64,000 bases of DNA from Lachnospiraceae bacterium (GTDB taxonomy: Bacteria; Bacillota; Clostridia; Lachnospirales; Lachnospiraceae), in contig JAEDCQ010000001.1 in NCBI GenBank assembly GCA_016294075.1, positions 111,875-175,874 of the forward strand, written 5' to 3'. The notes under the pieces were generated by a model, which worked only from the letters and a program-made list of their open reading frames with translations, was not told the origin of the DNA and made no database searches. Position numbers and translations under genes: made by a program. Within the stretch, counting starts at the first letter, position 1. Every line of letters begins with the position of its first letter. Below are positions 29,563-40,052 of the stretch, piece by piece.

Positions 29563-32205
29563 ATGGATAAGAAGCTGGTGTTAATTGACGGTCACAGTAT
29601 TTTAAACCGCGCATTTTACGGGGTTCCCGATTTGACAAATGCGGAAGGACTGCATACAAACGGTATCTATGGTTTTTTGAATATTTTATTTAAGATTCTG
29701 GAGGAAGAGAAGCCGAGATACCTCTGTGTTGCATTTGATGTGAAGGAGCCGACCTTCCGTCATAAGATGTATGCAGAATATAAAGGCACACGTAAGCCGA
29801 TGCCGCAGGAGCTGCGTGAGCAGGTGGGAGTATTACAGGATGTGCTTAATGCCATGCAGGTTACTGTCGTAAAAAAAGGCGGATACGAAGCGGATGATAT
29901 ACTTGGAACACTTGCAAGGAAAGCAGAAGCGGAAGGGATGGATGTAACACTGGTATCGGGAGACCGTGACCTTTTACAGATTGCGAGTGACAGAATAAAA
30001 ATCCGTATTCCGAAAACAAAGGGCGGAAGAACGGAAACAGAAGATTATTATGCAAAGGATGTGCTTGAAAAATATCAGGTAACACCGGTTCAGTTTATTG
30101 AGTTAAAGGCATTAATGGGGGATTCCGCGGATAATATTCCGGGGGTGCCCAAGGTAGGAGAAAAGACAGCCATTGGATTAATGGTGACATATGGCTCTAT
30201 TGAAGAAATATATGCACATATTGATGAAATTACGAAAAAGAGCATTAAGGAATCGTTAATTGAAAATAGAGATTTGGCTGATTTAAGCAAAGCTCTGGCA
30301 ACGATTAAAACGGATTGTGAATTGGATGTGGCGTTTGAGGATATGACAATCCGCGACTTTTATACGAAGGATGCATATACTCTTTTTCAGAAATTGGAAT
30401 TTAAAAATATGCTTACCCGTTTTTCAAATGAAAATATCGAAGAAAAGGGTATGCATTTTGAAAAAAAGAGAGTTGCGGATTTATCGGAATGTGAGACGGT
30501 ATTCGCAGATGCGCAGAAGGCGGAGCATGCCGCTGTCTTATTTTTAAAAGAAGAAAGTGATAAGGATTTTCTGGCGGTTGCGCTGTGTTTTTCGCCTGAG
30601 AACAGTTATGTTCTAATACCGGAAGGGTTTTTAACAAAGCAGTATTTAGCGGAAAAAGTAAAAGAATTGGCTGGGAAGGTTCAGATTACCACGTTTTCGG
30701 TGAAGGATTTTTATGAGTATGCGGGTTTTGATGATATAAAGCAGCCACATGATTTAAAGCTTGCATTATATCTTATTAACCCTGTAAAGAATGCTTATTA
30801 TATGGAAGACCTTGCAAGAGAATATCTTGATATTCCGATAAAAGAGAGAGAACAGTATTTTGGCAAAAAGACACTTATGCAGGCCTTTGCGGAAAATCCG
30901 GAAGATTTTACCGTATATGGGGCTGTGCTTGCATATGTTTTGTATGCGGCCGGCACACCTGTCATATCAAAGGTGTCGGAATTGGGAATGCAGGATTTAT
31001 ATACAGAAATAGAACTGCCGCTTTCCAAAGTATTATATGATATGGAAAAGAAAGGCGTACTGACGGATAAAGAGGAATTAATCCGTTATGGTGAATCACT
31101 TGTAGATAGAATCAATCAGCTTCAGGAAGCAGTTTATAAAGCTGCCGGTGAAGAATTTAATCTCAACTCACCAAAGCAGTTGGGGGAAATTTTGTTTGGG
31201 AAGCTGGGGCTCCCGGGCAGTAAAAAAACAAAATCCGGTTATTCAACCGCAGCGGATGTTTTGGAAAAATTATCGCTGGAGTATCCTATTGTTGCGGATA
31301 TTCTTGAATACCGTACCTTGGCAAAGCTTAAATCTACCTATGCGGACGGTTTGCTGCAATGTATCGCGCAGGACGGCAGAATTCATACAACCTTTCAGCA
31401 GACTGTAACTGCAACAGGAAGAATAAGCTCTACGGAGCCTAATTTACAAAATATACCGATGCGTATGGAATTGGGACGCAGAATAAGAAAAGCATTTATT
31501 CCCAAAGAGGGATATGTTTTTATTGATGCGGATTATTCACAGATTGAGCTGCGTCTGCTTGCACATATGTCCGGTGATGAGCAGTTGATAGAGGCATACA
31601 GACAGCATGCTGATATCCATAGAATTACGGCATCAAAGGTATTTCATACCCCGTTTGAGGATGTTACGGATTTGCAGAGACGTAATGCAAAGGCTGTTAA
31701 TTTCGGAATTGTATATGGCATCAGTTCATTCGGCTTGAGTCAGGATTTGAGTATTAACCGTAAAGAAGCGGAAGAATATATACAGGCTTATTTTGCACAA
31801 TATCCTAAGGTAAAGACCTTTTTGGACGAAACAGTGGAACATGCGCAAAAAGACGGATATGTTACGACCATGTTTGGAAGAAGAAGGCCGCTTCCTGAAA
31901 TATTAAGCAGTAATTTCATGCAGCGTTCCTTTGGAAAACGAGTGGCAATGAATGCACCGATTCAGGGAACGGCAGCAGATATCATGAAAAAGGCAATGAT
32001 TCGTGTCTGGGAAGAACTAAGAAGGCAGAATCTGGAAAGCTGCATATTGATTCAGGTTCATGATGAGCTTCTTTTAGAAGTAAAAAGAGAAGAAGCAGAG
32101 GCGGTGCAGGAAATCCTTATAAAAGGAATGAAGGAAGCTGCAGAACTAGCTGTTGAATTGGAAGTTGATGTCCATTCGGGAGCTGATTGGTATGAGGCAA
32201 AGTAG
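29563..32205 (+). CDS. polA: DNA polymerase I
   Basis: 5'-3' exonuclease domain (LIDGHS..., GDRDLLQ, DNIPGVPKVGEKTA). Pol motifs A (DYSQIELR), B (RRNAKAVNFGIVYG) and C (QVHDE). Confidence 0.97.
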   Translation: MDKKLVLIDGHSILNRAFYGVPDLTNAEGLHTNGIYGFLNILFKILEEEKPRYLCVAFDVKEPTFRHKMYAEYKGTRKPMPQELREQVGVLQDVLNAMQVTVVKKGGYEADDILGTLARKAEAEGMDVTLVSGDRDLLQIASDRIKIRIPKTKGGRTETEDYYAKDVLEKYQVTPVQFIELKALMGDSADNIPGVPKVGEKTAIGLMVTYGSIEEIYAHIDEITKKSIKESLIENRDLADLSKALATIKTDCELDVAFEDMTIRDFYTKDAYTLFQKLEFKNMLTRFSNENIEEKGMHFEKKRVADLSECETVFADAQKAEHAAVLFLKEESDKDFLAVALCFSPENSYVLIPEGFLTKQYLAEKVKELAGKVQITTFSVKDFYEYAGFDDIKQPHDLKLALYLINPVKNAYYMEDLAREYLDIPIKEREQYFGKKTLMQAFAENPEDFTVYGAVLAYVLYAAGTPVISKVSELGMQDLYTEIELPLSKVLYDMEKKGVLTDKEELIRYGESLVDRINQLQEAVYKAAGEEFNLNSPKQLGEILFGKLGLPGSKKTKSGYSTAADVLEKLSLEYPIVADILEYRTLAKLKSTYADGLLQCIAQDGRIHTTFQQTVTATGRISSTEPNLQNIPMRMELGRRIRKAFIPKEGYVFIDADYSQIELRLLAHMSGDEQLIEAYRQHADIHRITASKVFHTPFEDVTDLQRRNAKAVNFGIVYGISSFGLSQDLSINRKEAEEYIQAYFAQYPKVKTFLDETVEHAQKDGYVTTMFGRRRPLPEILSSNFMQRSFGKRVAMNAPIQGTAADIMKKAMIRVWEELRRQNLESCILIQVHDELLLEVKREEAEAVQEILIKGMKEAAELAVELEVDVHSGADWYEAK

Positions 32206-32239
32206 AGAATAAAACGGGAGTTTTATTGTTGGTGTAAAT

Positions 32240-32845
32240 ATGCAGGTTATCGGAATCACAGGCGGCATCGGTGCGGGTAAGTCACAGGTGCTGCAGTACA
32301 TAAAACAGCATTATGATTGCAGAATTATACTGGCGGATGATGTCGGGAATGAAGTAAAGCTTCCCGGAAAAAACTGTTATAAGCAGTTGGTAGAATTGCT
32401 TGGGAATGATATACTTGATGTAAACGGTTTTATAGTGAAGGAAAAGATGGCTGCTAAAATCTTCTCGGATGTATCGTTGTTATCAAAAGTAAATGCAGTG
32501 ATTCATCCTGCCGTACAGGAGTACATTCTTACGGAAATAAAAAAAGAAAGACTAAAGCAGCAATATGATTTCTTTTTTATTGAAGCGGCACTTTTGATTG
32601 AATGCGGATATTCAGCCATTGTAGATGAAATGTGGTATATTTATGCAGATGAAGAGGTGCGTAGGAATCGTTTGCTGGAAAACAGACATTATAGTAATGA
32701 GAAGATAGACAGTATTATGCAGAAGCAGTTGCGGGAAGAGGATTTCAGAAAAAACTGCAGTGTTGTAATTGATAACAGTCATGATTTAAAAGATACAGAA
32801 AAACAAATCGATAGGATTTTGGGGGAAAAGCTGTGGAAAATGTAA
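32240..32845 (+). CDS. coaE: dephospho-CoA kinase
   Basis: GITGGIGAGKS P-loop; 201 aa; position after polA. Confidence 0.92.
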   Translation: MQVIGITGGIGAGKSQVLQYIKQHYDCRIILADDVGNEVKLPGKNCYKQLVELLGNDILDVNGFIVKEKMAAKIFSDVSLLSKVNAVIHPAVQEYILTEIKKERLKQQYDFFFIEAALLIECGYSAIVDEMWYIYADEEVRRNRLLENRHYSNEKIDSIMQKQLREEDFRKNCSVVIDNSHDLKDTEKQIDRILGEKLWKM

Positions 32846-34944
32846 AAAAATATCCCGGACAGCTTGTATTTGGTCTGGATATCGGAACAAGAAGCATTGT
32901 CGGAACAGTAGGATATCGTCAGGGTGACGGACGTTTTGTCGTAGTTGCACAATGTGGCAGGGAACATGAAACAAGAGCCATGCTGGACGGACAGATTCAT
33001 GATATAGGCAAAGTCGGCTCAACAATTCTTGAAGTAAAGCAGCGTCTGGAAGAAAAACTGTCACGCAAACTCGAAAGAGTATGCATAGCAGCTGCCGGAC
33101 GTGTCCTGAAAACAATCCAGATTCATACGGATATGGAATATGATTCGGAAAAGATTGTGCTTCAGGAGGACATCTATGCCCTGAATTCAATGGCAACAGA
33201 AGATGCGTATAAAGAATTTTTAAAAGATAATGAATCCGATATTCGTTTTTATTGTGTCGGAAGCAGCGTGGTACGGTATTATCTGAATGATTATCCGATT
33301 AGTAATTTATTGGACCACAAAGCAAAAAAAATCGGCGTGGATATGATTGCAACATTCCTTCCGGATGATGTAGTAGATGGTTTATACAAAGCAGTCGGAA
33401 TTGCCGGACTTAGTGTGGCAAGTCTGACGTTAGAGCCGATTGCGGCAATAGAGCTGGCAATTCCGGAGAAATTCCGTCTGTTAAATATTGCACTTGTTGA
33501 TGTCGGAGCGGGAACAAGTGATATTTCCATTACAAAAGAGGGGACTATTACGGCATTTGGCATGATTCCCATTGCAGGAGATTCTTTGACAGAGGCTATC
33601 GCCATGCATTGCATGGTTGACTTTAATACGGCTGAAAAAATTAAACGGGATGCCGGAATGCAGGACGTTGTTACCTATGAAGATATTATGGGGCTTACCC
33701 AGCAGATTAGCAGTACGGAGGTAGAAGCTTTACTTGCACCTTCCGTTGCTGACATGACGGATAAGGTGGCAGAAAAAATACTTTCCCTGAACGGAAACAA
33801 GTCAGTTGGAGCGGTCTTCGTTGTCGGGGGAGGTGGTAAAATACCGGGCTATACAAAGGCACTTGCCGAAAAATTAAATATTGCCCCCGAGAGAGTTGCC
33901 ATCCGCGGCAGGGAGGTTATGCAGAATATTATTTTCGAGGATACGGACTTGGAGCAGAATTCCCTTTTAGTGACACCAATCGGTATCTGTCTTGGCTTTT
34001 ATAAGGAAAATCATAATTTTATATATGTGAATTTTAATGATACAACGGTCAAGCTGTATAACAATGAAAAACTAACCGTTATGGATGCTGCCATGCAGGC
34101 AGATTATTCATCTGTTGACTTATTCCCGAAGAGCGGAAAAGAGCTTACTTTTACTGTAAACGGAAAATCGCGTTTTGTCCGTGGGGCAATGGGAGATGCA
34201 GCAGTCATTTCATTAAATGGAGAAATTGCCAATCTGCATTCGGCAATTAAAGAGAATGATATTATCCGGGTAAAGGAATCGACAGCGGGAACCCCGGGTA
34301 AAATGAGTCTGGACAAGCTGCCGGAATATAAAAATGAGATACATATATTTGTAAACGGGAAAAAAGTTACAATACCTAAATTTCCATCCGTAAACGGCTC
34401 ACTTATTACAGGTACATATGAAATAGCAGAAGGAGATGTAATTGAATTTCTGGATTATGTTACGGTAGAACAGATAAAAACCTTTATGGATATTATTGTG
34501 GAGAAAAACAGTGTTTGTCTTGTGAATAACAGAAGGGCGGAGCCGGATACACCCGTTTATGAGAATTTTGAGGTAGTATGGAAACTTGCGGACAAGCCGG
34601 ATGAAGAAAAATGGCTGGATGAATCGGGAGAGGATTCTGCCGACGAATTGATTGATGAAGTAATTGGGGAAGCTCTTGATGAAGAGGAGACCAGGGAACC
34701 CCTTGAAGAAGAGGAGACCAGAGAACAAGACAAGTCAGGAACGGTTACTGTTATGGTAAACGGCAGACCGGTAGCAATGACCGGCAAAAGAAGCTATGTT
34801 TTTGTAGATATATTTAATTATATTGATTTTGATTTATCAAAACCGCAAGGAGCAATTGTAACGACAGTGAATGATCATGATGCAAATTACATGGAAACAC
34901 TTCATGAGGGTGATATTATAGAGATATATTGGAGGAAACCATGA
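32833..34944 (+). CDS. FtsA/PilM/EutJ-like actin-fold (ASKHA) ATPase with ~310-aa C-terminal extension of ThiS-like modules
   Basis: Phosphate-1 GLDIGTRSIVG, phosphate-2 VDVGAGTSDIS, adenosine motif VVGGGGKIPG. The C-terminus carries repeated xVNGxx...GD(I/V)IE modules. GTG start overlaps coaE by 13 nt. Confidence 0.75.
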   Translation: MENVKKYPGQLVFGLDIGTRSIVGTVGYRQGDGRFVVVAQCGREHETRAMLDGQIHDIGKVGSTILEVKQRLEEKLSRKLERVCIAAAGRVLKTIQIHTDMEYDSEKIVLQEDIYALNSMATEDAYKEFLKDNESDIRFYCVGSSVVRYYLNDYPISNLLDHKAKKIGVDMIATFLPDDVVDGLYKAVGIAGLSVASLTLEPIAAIELAIPEKFRLLNIALVDVGAGTSDISITKEGTITAFGMIPIAGDSLTEAIAMHCMVDFNTAEKIKRDAGMQDVVTYEDIMGLTQQISSTEVEALLAPSVADMTDKVAEKILSLNGNKSVGAVFVVGGGGKIPGYTKALAEKLNIAPERVAIRGREVMQNIIFEDTDLEQNSLLVTPIGICLGFYKENHNFIYVNFNDTTVKLYNNEKLTVMDAAMQADYSSVDLFPKSGKELTFTVNGKSRFVRGAMGDAAVISLNGEIANLHSAIKENDIIRVKESTAGTPGKMSLDKLPEYKNEIHIFVNGKKVTIPKFPSVNGSLITGTYEIAEGDVIEFLDYVTVEQIKTFMDIIVEKNSVCLVNNRRAEPDTPVYENFEVVWKLADKPDEEKWLDESGEDSADELIDEVIGEALDEEETREPLEEEETREQDKSGTVTVMVNGRPVAMTGKRSYVFVDIFNYIDFDLSKPQGAIVTTVNDHDANYMETLHEGDIIEIYWRKP

Positions 34945-35744
34945 TGCGGTTATGCTCTATAGCAAGCGGAAGCAGCGGTAATTGTATTTATGTGGGTTCA
35001 GATACAACGCACATACTGGTGGATACGGGAATAAGCAGAAAAAGGACAGAAGAAGGGCTTGCCCAGATAGATATATCATTGCAGGATATAGACGGTATAT
35101 TAATTACACATGAACATTCAGACCACATAGGCGGTCTAGGTGTAATCAGTCGTAAATATCATATTCCTATTTATGCCACGAAAAAGACAATCGATGCGAT
35201 TGAGAAGTCCTCTTCATTGGGTAGAGTGGAATCGGAATTATTTCATCCTGTCACAGCGGATGAAACATTTATGATTAAAGATATAAAATGTAATCCGATG
35301 CATATTTCCCATGATGCGGCAGACCCTGTGGCATATCGTTTTAAATGCGGTCATAAGCAGTTAGCAGTTGCAACGGATATGGGAACCTATACCGACTATA
35401 CCGTGGAATGCTTAAAGGGAATGGATGCTCTGTTTTTGGAGGCAAACCATGACGTGAATATGCTGCAGGTGGGGCCGTATCCGTATCCGTTAAAGCAGCG
35501 GATTTTGGGAGACAGAGGCCATTTGTCAAATGAGCGTTCCGGACAATTGCTTAGTAAGCTGCTTCATGATAAACTACAGACAATTGTTTTAGGACATCTC
35601 AGTCAGGAGAATAATCTGCCGGAACTGGCATATGAAACAGTACGCCTTGAAATTAATATGGAGGATAATCCGTATAAGGCAGATGATTTCCCGATGTTTG
35701 TAGCGAGAAGGAGCTGCCCGTCAAAGCCGGTTGTGATTTTATAA
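34941..35744 (+). CDS. MBL-fold metallo-hydrolase (YycJ/WalJ-like)
   Basis: ASGSSGNCIYV...THEHSDHIGG. GGAGGA RBS. The ATG overlaps the upstream stop. Confidence 0.85.
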   Translation: MMRLCSIASGSSGNCIYVGSDTTHILVDTGISRKRTEEGLAQIDISLQDIDGILITHEHSDHIGGLGVISRKYHIPIYATKKTIDAIEKSSSLGRVESELFHPVTADETFMIKDIKCNPMHISHDAADPVAYRFKCGHKQLAVATDMGTYTDYTVECLKGMDALFLEANHDVNMLQVGPYPYPLKQRILGDRGHLSNERSGQLLSKLLHDKLQTIVLGHLSQENNLPELAYETVRLEINMEDNPYKADDFPMFVARRSCPSKPVVIL

Positions 35745-35797
35745 CAGTAAACTGAAAAATAAAAAAATATATATGCCTTTAGGCGGAAAGGGAGATT

Positions 35798-36070
35798 ATG
35801 AAGAAAACAATTATTACCGTAGTAGGAGAAGATACCGTAGGAATTATTGCAAAGGTCTGTACATATTTAGCAGACAATTATGTGAATATCCTTGATATTT
35901 CACAGACAATCGTACAGGGATATTTTAATATGATGATGATTACGGATATGGAAAAAACTACAAAGCAGTTTAGCGATATTGCGGATGAACTGGAAGATTT
36001 GGGAAAAGAAATCGGTGTTATTATCAAATGCCAGCGTGAAGATATCTTTAAAAGTATGCAGAGAATTTAA
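35798..36070 (+). CDS. ACT-domain protein (UPF0237 family)
   Basis: 90 aa; ITVVGEDTVGIIAKV ACT beta-alpha-beta start. Conserved partner of the downstream UPF0210 gene. Confidence 0.8.
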   Translation: MKKTIITVVGEDTVGIIAKVCTYLADNYVNILDISQTIVQGYFNMMMITDMEKTTKQFSDIADELEDLGKEIGVIIKCQREDIFKSMQRI

Positions 36071-36113
36071 TGCTGTTTAACAAATAGACAAATAAACGAC
36101 AAAGGATGCAGTT

Positions 36114-37478
36114 ATGTTAAATATATTTGAAGTTGCACAAATAAATAAAATGATTGAAAAAGATCATCTTGATGTAAGAACAATTACATTGGGAATCAGT
36201 CTGTTAGACTGTATTGATTCTGATTTAACAGCTCTGAATGAGAAAATTTATAAAAAAATAAAAAATGCCGCAAAGGATTTGGTAAAGACAGGTGATGATA
36301 TCGGAAAAGAATTTGGAATTCCGATTGTGAATAAACGTATTTCCGTTACTCCGATTGCCTTGGTCGGCGGTGCCGCATGTAAAACACCGGAGGACTTTGT
36401 AACAATCGCACAGACACTGGATAAAGTTGCACATGAAGTCGGCGTAAATTTTATCGGAGGCTATTCTGCACTTGTTGCAAAGGGAACTACTCCGGCTGAT
36501 GAGATGCTGATTCAGTCTATTCCGCGTGCACTTGCCTATACTAAGCGTGTGTGCAGTTCCATTAATCTTGGTTCCACTAAAACAGGCATCAATATGGATG
36601 CGGTAAAAACAATGGGAGAGATAATTAAGCAGACGGCGGAGTATACCAAGGAAGAGGATTCTTTGGGATGTGCAAAGCTGGTGGTATTCTGTAACGCACC
36701 GGATGATAATCCGTTTATGGCAGGTGCATTTCATGGTGTGACGGAAGCCGATATGATTATCAATGTCGGTGTAAGCGGCCCCGGTGTTGTTAAACATGCA
36801 TTGGAAAAGGTTCACAGTGAAAATTTTGAAGTGCTTTGTGAAACGATTAAGAAAACGGCGTTTAAAGTGACAAGAGTCGGACAGCTTGTTGCAAAGGAAG
36901 CTTCCAAGAGATTAGGAGTTCCGTTCGGAATTGTCGATTTATCATTAGCACCGACTCCAGCTATCGGAGACAGCGTTGCGGATATTCTCTGTGAGATAGG
37001 ATTGGAATATGCCGGTGCACCGGGAACAACAGCAGCTCTTGCTTTGTTAAATGATCAGGTAAAAAAGGGCGGTGTCATGGCATCCTCTTATGTCGGCGGT
37101 TTAAGCGGTGCATTTATCCCGGTAAGTGAAGACCAGGGAATGATAGATGCTGTTACGGCAGGTGCTTTAACATTGGAAAAATTGGAAGCAATGACCTGTG
37201 TCTGTTCGGTAGGACTTGATATGATTGCAATTCCGGGGGACACAAAAGCAACCACAATATCCGGTATCATTGCAGATGAATTGGCAATCGGTATGATTAA
37301 CCAGAAAACAACCGCAGTCCGTATTATTCCGGTAATTGGAAAAGGCGTGGGAGAAACTGTAGAGTTTGGCGGTTTGTTAGGATATGCACCGATTATGCCG
37401 GTCAATCAGTTTTCATGCGATGCATTTGTAAACCGTGGCGGAAGAATTCCCGCTCCGATTCACAGCTTTAAGAATTAA
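36114..37478 (+). CDS. PFL-like UPF0210/DUF711 family protein
   Basis: 454 aa; N-terminal [15 protein letters not shown] and the overall length and pairing typical of UPF0210. Confidence 0.8.
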   Translation: MLNIFEVAQINKMIEKDHLDVRTITLGISLLDCIDSDLTALNEKIYKKIKNAAKDLVKTGDDIGKEFGIPIVNKRISVTPIALVGGAACKTPEDFVTIAQTLDKVAHEVGVNFIGGYSALVAKGTTPADEMLIQSIPRALAYTKRVCSSINLGSTKTGINMDAVKTMGEIIKQTAEYTKEEDSLGCAKLVVFCNAPDDNPFMAGAFHGVTEADMIINVGVSGPGVVKHALEKVHSENFEVLCETIKKTAFKVTRVGQLVAKEASKRLGVPFGIVDLSLAPTPAIGDSVADILCEIGLEYAGAPGTTAALALLNDQVKKGGVMASSYVGGLSGAFIPVSEDQGMIDAVTAGALTLEKLEAMTCVCSVGLDMIAIPGDTKATTISGIIADELAIGMINQKTTAVRIIPVIGKGVGETVEFGGLLGYAPIMPVNQFSCDAFVNRGGRIPAPIHSFKN

Positions 37479-37488
37479 GAATATGTTT

Positions 37489-37523
37489 GGGCATAGGAAA
37501 GATATTTTCCTATGCCCTGTTTT
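37489..37523. terminator. bidirectional terminator between convergent UPF0210 gene and tmcAL
   Basis: GGGCATAGGAAA-GATA-TTTTCCTATGCCC perfect stem followed by TGTTTT. Confidence 0.8.
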
Positions 37524-37555
37524 ATGATTTTTTATATTCATAACAGGATGTTATT

Positions 37556-38782
37556 CTATAATATAACTAACTGTCGTTGAAATTCATTTTTGGCTGCTCT
37601 TTCTGTCTTGACGGCGACAACGGAATCATAAACATGAGAACAGAAAATATCGTGTTCCAGATAGCGGTAGTCACGTTTTGACAGGATGCTTCCGGCATCG
37701 GCAGGCTTACTGATAAGTGGGATAGAAGATGATTTTCCTATCTCGGATAATAACGGTGCGGCATCCTTTCTAAAGCCAAGTATTCTTGCATAAGATGCAT
37801 AATCATTTGCCTTTACGTCTTCATACATATTCTGTGTAATATCCAGAAGAATATGGGTCAGGGCACGGTTTATTCTGGAATAAGTCAGTTCCCTGGATTT
37901 TAACAGTCCGCAGAATTGCTCATAATTCTGATAAAATCGCAGATTCTTCCAAATCTTATCGGATAAATCCTTGGACACATCTGCAAATTGATTAATAGAA
38001 AAATCCCTAATGGATAATAATTTATAATGTAACAATAATGAAAAATCGTTCTGCCATATATAATCCGATGTATTTTCATTCAGAATGGAAAAAACGGATT
38101 CGGGAACAAAAGAATTCAGCTGGTTCCGGCTATCGGAAGCGGCTTCCAAAACCCGGCGGATTGCAGTTGCTGACGGGAGTAAGTCCTGCTCTAATTCTGC
38201 TGCATGATAGCCGTTACCTTCACGCTTAATGGGAAGAAGCTTCATTTTGGAGTTACGCTCCGATAATGAGATGCAATATTCCAAGGCCAAGATATTATTG
38301 GGTGATGAAACAAATGAGGCTGCTTCTTTTCCTAAGACAGAAGAGATAGCCATTTCCCTTGCTTTTGGGAATGAATTTCCTTCTTTTAAGAAGGCTTGCA
38401 GTTTTTCTTTATAAGAAATCGGTTCCTCACATAATAAGGTAGAAATGGTGTGGATTGTATTTGTATCGTCTGACTCACACCCAAAGGAAATTGTATCGAC
38501 AGCTCCCAATTTATCTAAGAGGGATACACCGCCTCTTGCAAAGTACTGTGCGCTGGCTGTCGCAAAAACGCAAGGGAGTTCAATTACGAGGTCTGCACCG
38601 TTTAAAAGAGCCATATGGGTTCTTGTCCATTTATCTAAAATCGCAGGGGTTCCTCTTTGTAAAAAGTCACCGCTCATTACGATAACAACATAGTCGGCTC
38701 CGTTTTTTTTAATCTGCTCGATTTGGTATAAATGTCCGTTATGAAACGGATTATATTCTGCAATGATTCCTGTTATTTTCAT
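37556..38782 (-). CDS. tmcAL: tRNA(Met) cytidine acetate ligase (UPF0348/YlbM family nucleotidyltransferase)
   Basis: [17 protein letters not shown] HxGH-type motif; ~400 aa; GAGGA RBS. Confidence 0.85.
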   Translation of the reverse strand: MKITGIIAEYNPFHNGHLYQIEQIKKNGADYVVIVMSGDFLQRGTPAILDKWTRTHMALLNGADLVIELPCVFATASAQYFARGGVSLLDKLGAVDTISFGCESDDTNTIHTISTLLCEEPISYKEKLQAFLKEGNSFPKAREMAISSVLGKEAASFVSSPNNILALEYCISLSERNSKMKLLPIKREGNGYHAAELEQDLLPSATAIRRVLEAASDSRNQLNSFVPESVFSILNENTSDYIWQNDFSLLLHYKLLSIRDFSINQFADVSKDLSDKIWKNLRFYQNYEQFCGLLKSRELTYSRINRALTHILLDITQNMYEDVKANDYASYARILGFRKDAAPLLSEIGKSSSIPLISKPADAGSILSKRDYRYLEHDIFCSHVYDSVVAVKTERAAKNEFQRQLVIL

Positions 38783-38868
38783 ATCGTCCTCATTCAGCCG
38801 TCAGATGCAGCTGTATTTTTAATATTGTATGCATTTTTGTACATTTTAATAAATATTTTGTCTTTGTC

Positions 38869-38891
38869 TGCAATTTTGTACAAAAATTGCA
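38869..38891. promoter_or_regulatory. near-perfect palindrome upstream of pta (candidate operator)
   Basis: TGCAATTTT-GTAC-AAAAATTGCA, flanked by related TTGTACA / TTGTATACAAAAA copies. Confidence 0.4.
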
Positions 38892-38986
38892 CAAAAAATT
38901 CTTGTATACAAAAAGAACTATATTATATAATCAGATATAGAAAAGGTAATAAAAATAAGGGTATTTGTCAATATGGAGGATGGTAT

Positions 38987-39988
38987 ATGTCATATATTGA
39001 TCTGATTAAAGAAAAAGCAAGAGCGGATAAAAAAACAATTGTTTTACCGGAAACAACAGATCGTAGAACGTTAATTGCAGCGGCACATATTCTGGAAGAG
39101 GGAATTGCTGAATTGATTTTAGTCGGTAATGAGGAAAAGATTATGGATGGTGCCGGCTGGTTGGAAGTAGACCTTACAGGTTGTAAGGTAATTGACCCGA
39201 AGAATACTGATAAATTGGATGGGTATGTGGAATTATTATACGAAACCAGAAAATCAAAAGGTATGACGATGGAAAAAGCGAGAGAAACACTTTTATCCGA
39301 CCCTCTTACCTTTGGTGTAATGATGGTTAAGGCAAATGATGCAGACGGTATGGTTGCCGGTGCGTGTCATGCAACTGCTGATGTGCTCCGTCCGTCTTTA
39401 CAGATATTGAAAACAGCACCGGGAGTAAAATTGGTTTCCGGTTTCTTTATCATTGATGTTCCGAATTGTGAATACGGTCATCACGGTACATTCCTGTTTG
39501 CAGATTGCGGCTTAAACCAGGACCCGACGGCAGAAGAACTTGCAGCTATTGCAGACACCAGCGCAAAGAGCTTTAAGACTTTAGTAGGAGCAAAACCGAT
39601 TATTGCCATGCTGTCACATTCCACAAAGGGAAGTGCAAAGCATCCTTTAGTCGATAAAGTAGTAGAAGCTACGCGAATTGCACATGAGCAGTATCCGAGT
39701 CTTTGTCTGGACGGTGAATTGCAGACAGATGCAGCATTGGTTCCAAGTGTTGCAAAATCAAAGGCTCCGGGAAGTGAAGTGGGCGGAAAAGCAAATGTTT
39801 TGGTATTCCCGAATCTGGATGCGGCAAATATCGGATATAAATTAGTACAGCGTCTTGGTAAAGCAGAAGCATACGGTCCGATGCTGCAGGGCATTGCAAA
39901 GCCGGTAAATGATTTATCAAGAGGATGCGATTGGGAGGATATTGTCGGAGTAGTTGCCCTGACTGCTGTGCAGGCGCAGCTTGCTTAA
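38987..39988 (+). CDS. pta: phosphate acetyltransferase
   Basis: [33 protein letters not shown]..., [30 protein letters not shown]. The upstream part of the ORF (from 38732) is an AT-rich promoter region. Confidence 0.93.
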   Translation: MSYIDLIKEKARADKKTIVLPETTDRRTLIAAAHILEEGIAELILVGNEEKIMDGAGWLEVDLTGCKVIDPKNTDKLDGYVELLYETRKSKGMTMEKARETLLSDPLTFGVMMVKANDADGMVAGACHATADVLRPSLQILKTAPGVKLVSGFFIIDVPNCEYGHHGTFLFADCGLNQDPTAEELAAIADTSAKSFKTLVGAKPIIAMLSHSTKGSAKHPLVDKVVEATRIAHEQYPSLCLDGELQTDAALVPSVAKSKAPGSEVGGKANVLVFPNLDAANIGYKLVQRLGKAEAYGPMLQGIAKPVNDLSRGCDWEDIVGVVALTAVQAQLA

Positions 39989-39997
39989 AAAATTATG

Positions 39998-40026
39998 TTG
40001 ACAAAATATGGTCTGCTTATTATAAT
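39998..40026 (+). promoter_or_regulatory. consensus sigma-A promoter for yceD-rpmF
   Basis: TTGACA, 17-nt spacer, TATAAT (perfect consensus). Confidence 0.75.
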
Positions 40027-40052
40027 TGTTTGAGTGTGAATAGGAGTCTGCT

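Noticed and set aside
36225-36815. 196-aa minus-strand ORF inside the UPF0210 gene.
   Set aside because: It is antisense to a conserved gene, Cys-rich with improbable composition, and has no RBS. This is a typical shadow ORF.
38732-38986. N-terminal 85-codon extension of the pta ORF, which would overlap tmcAL.
   Set aside because: The extension runs through an AT-rich promoter region and encodes an implausible peptide. The ATG at 38987 has a GGAGGA RBS and yields a canonical Pta N-terminus.
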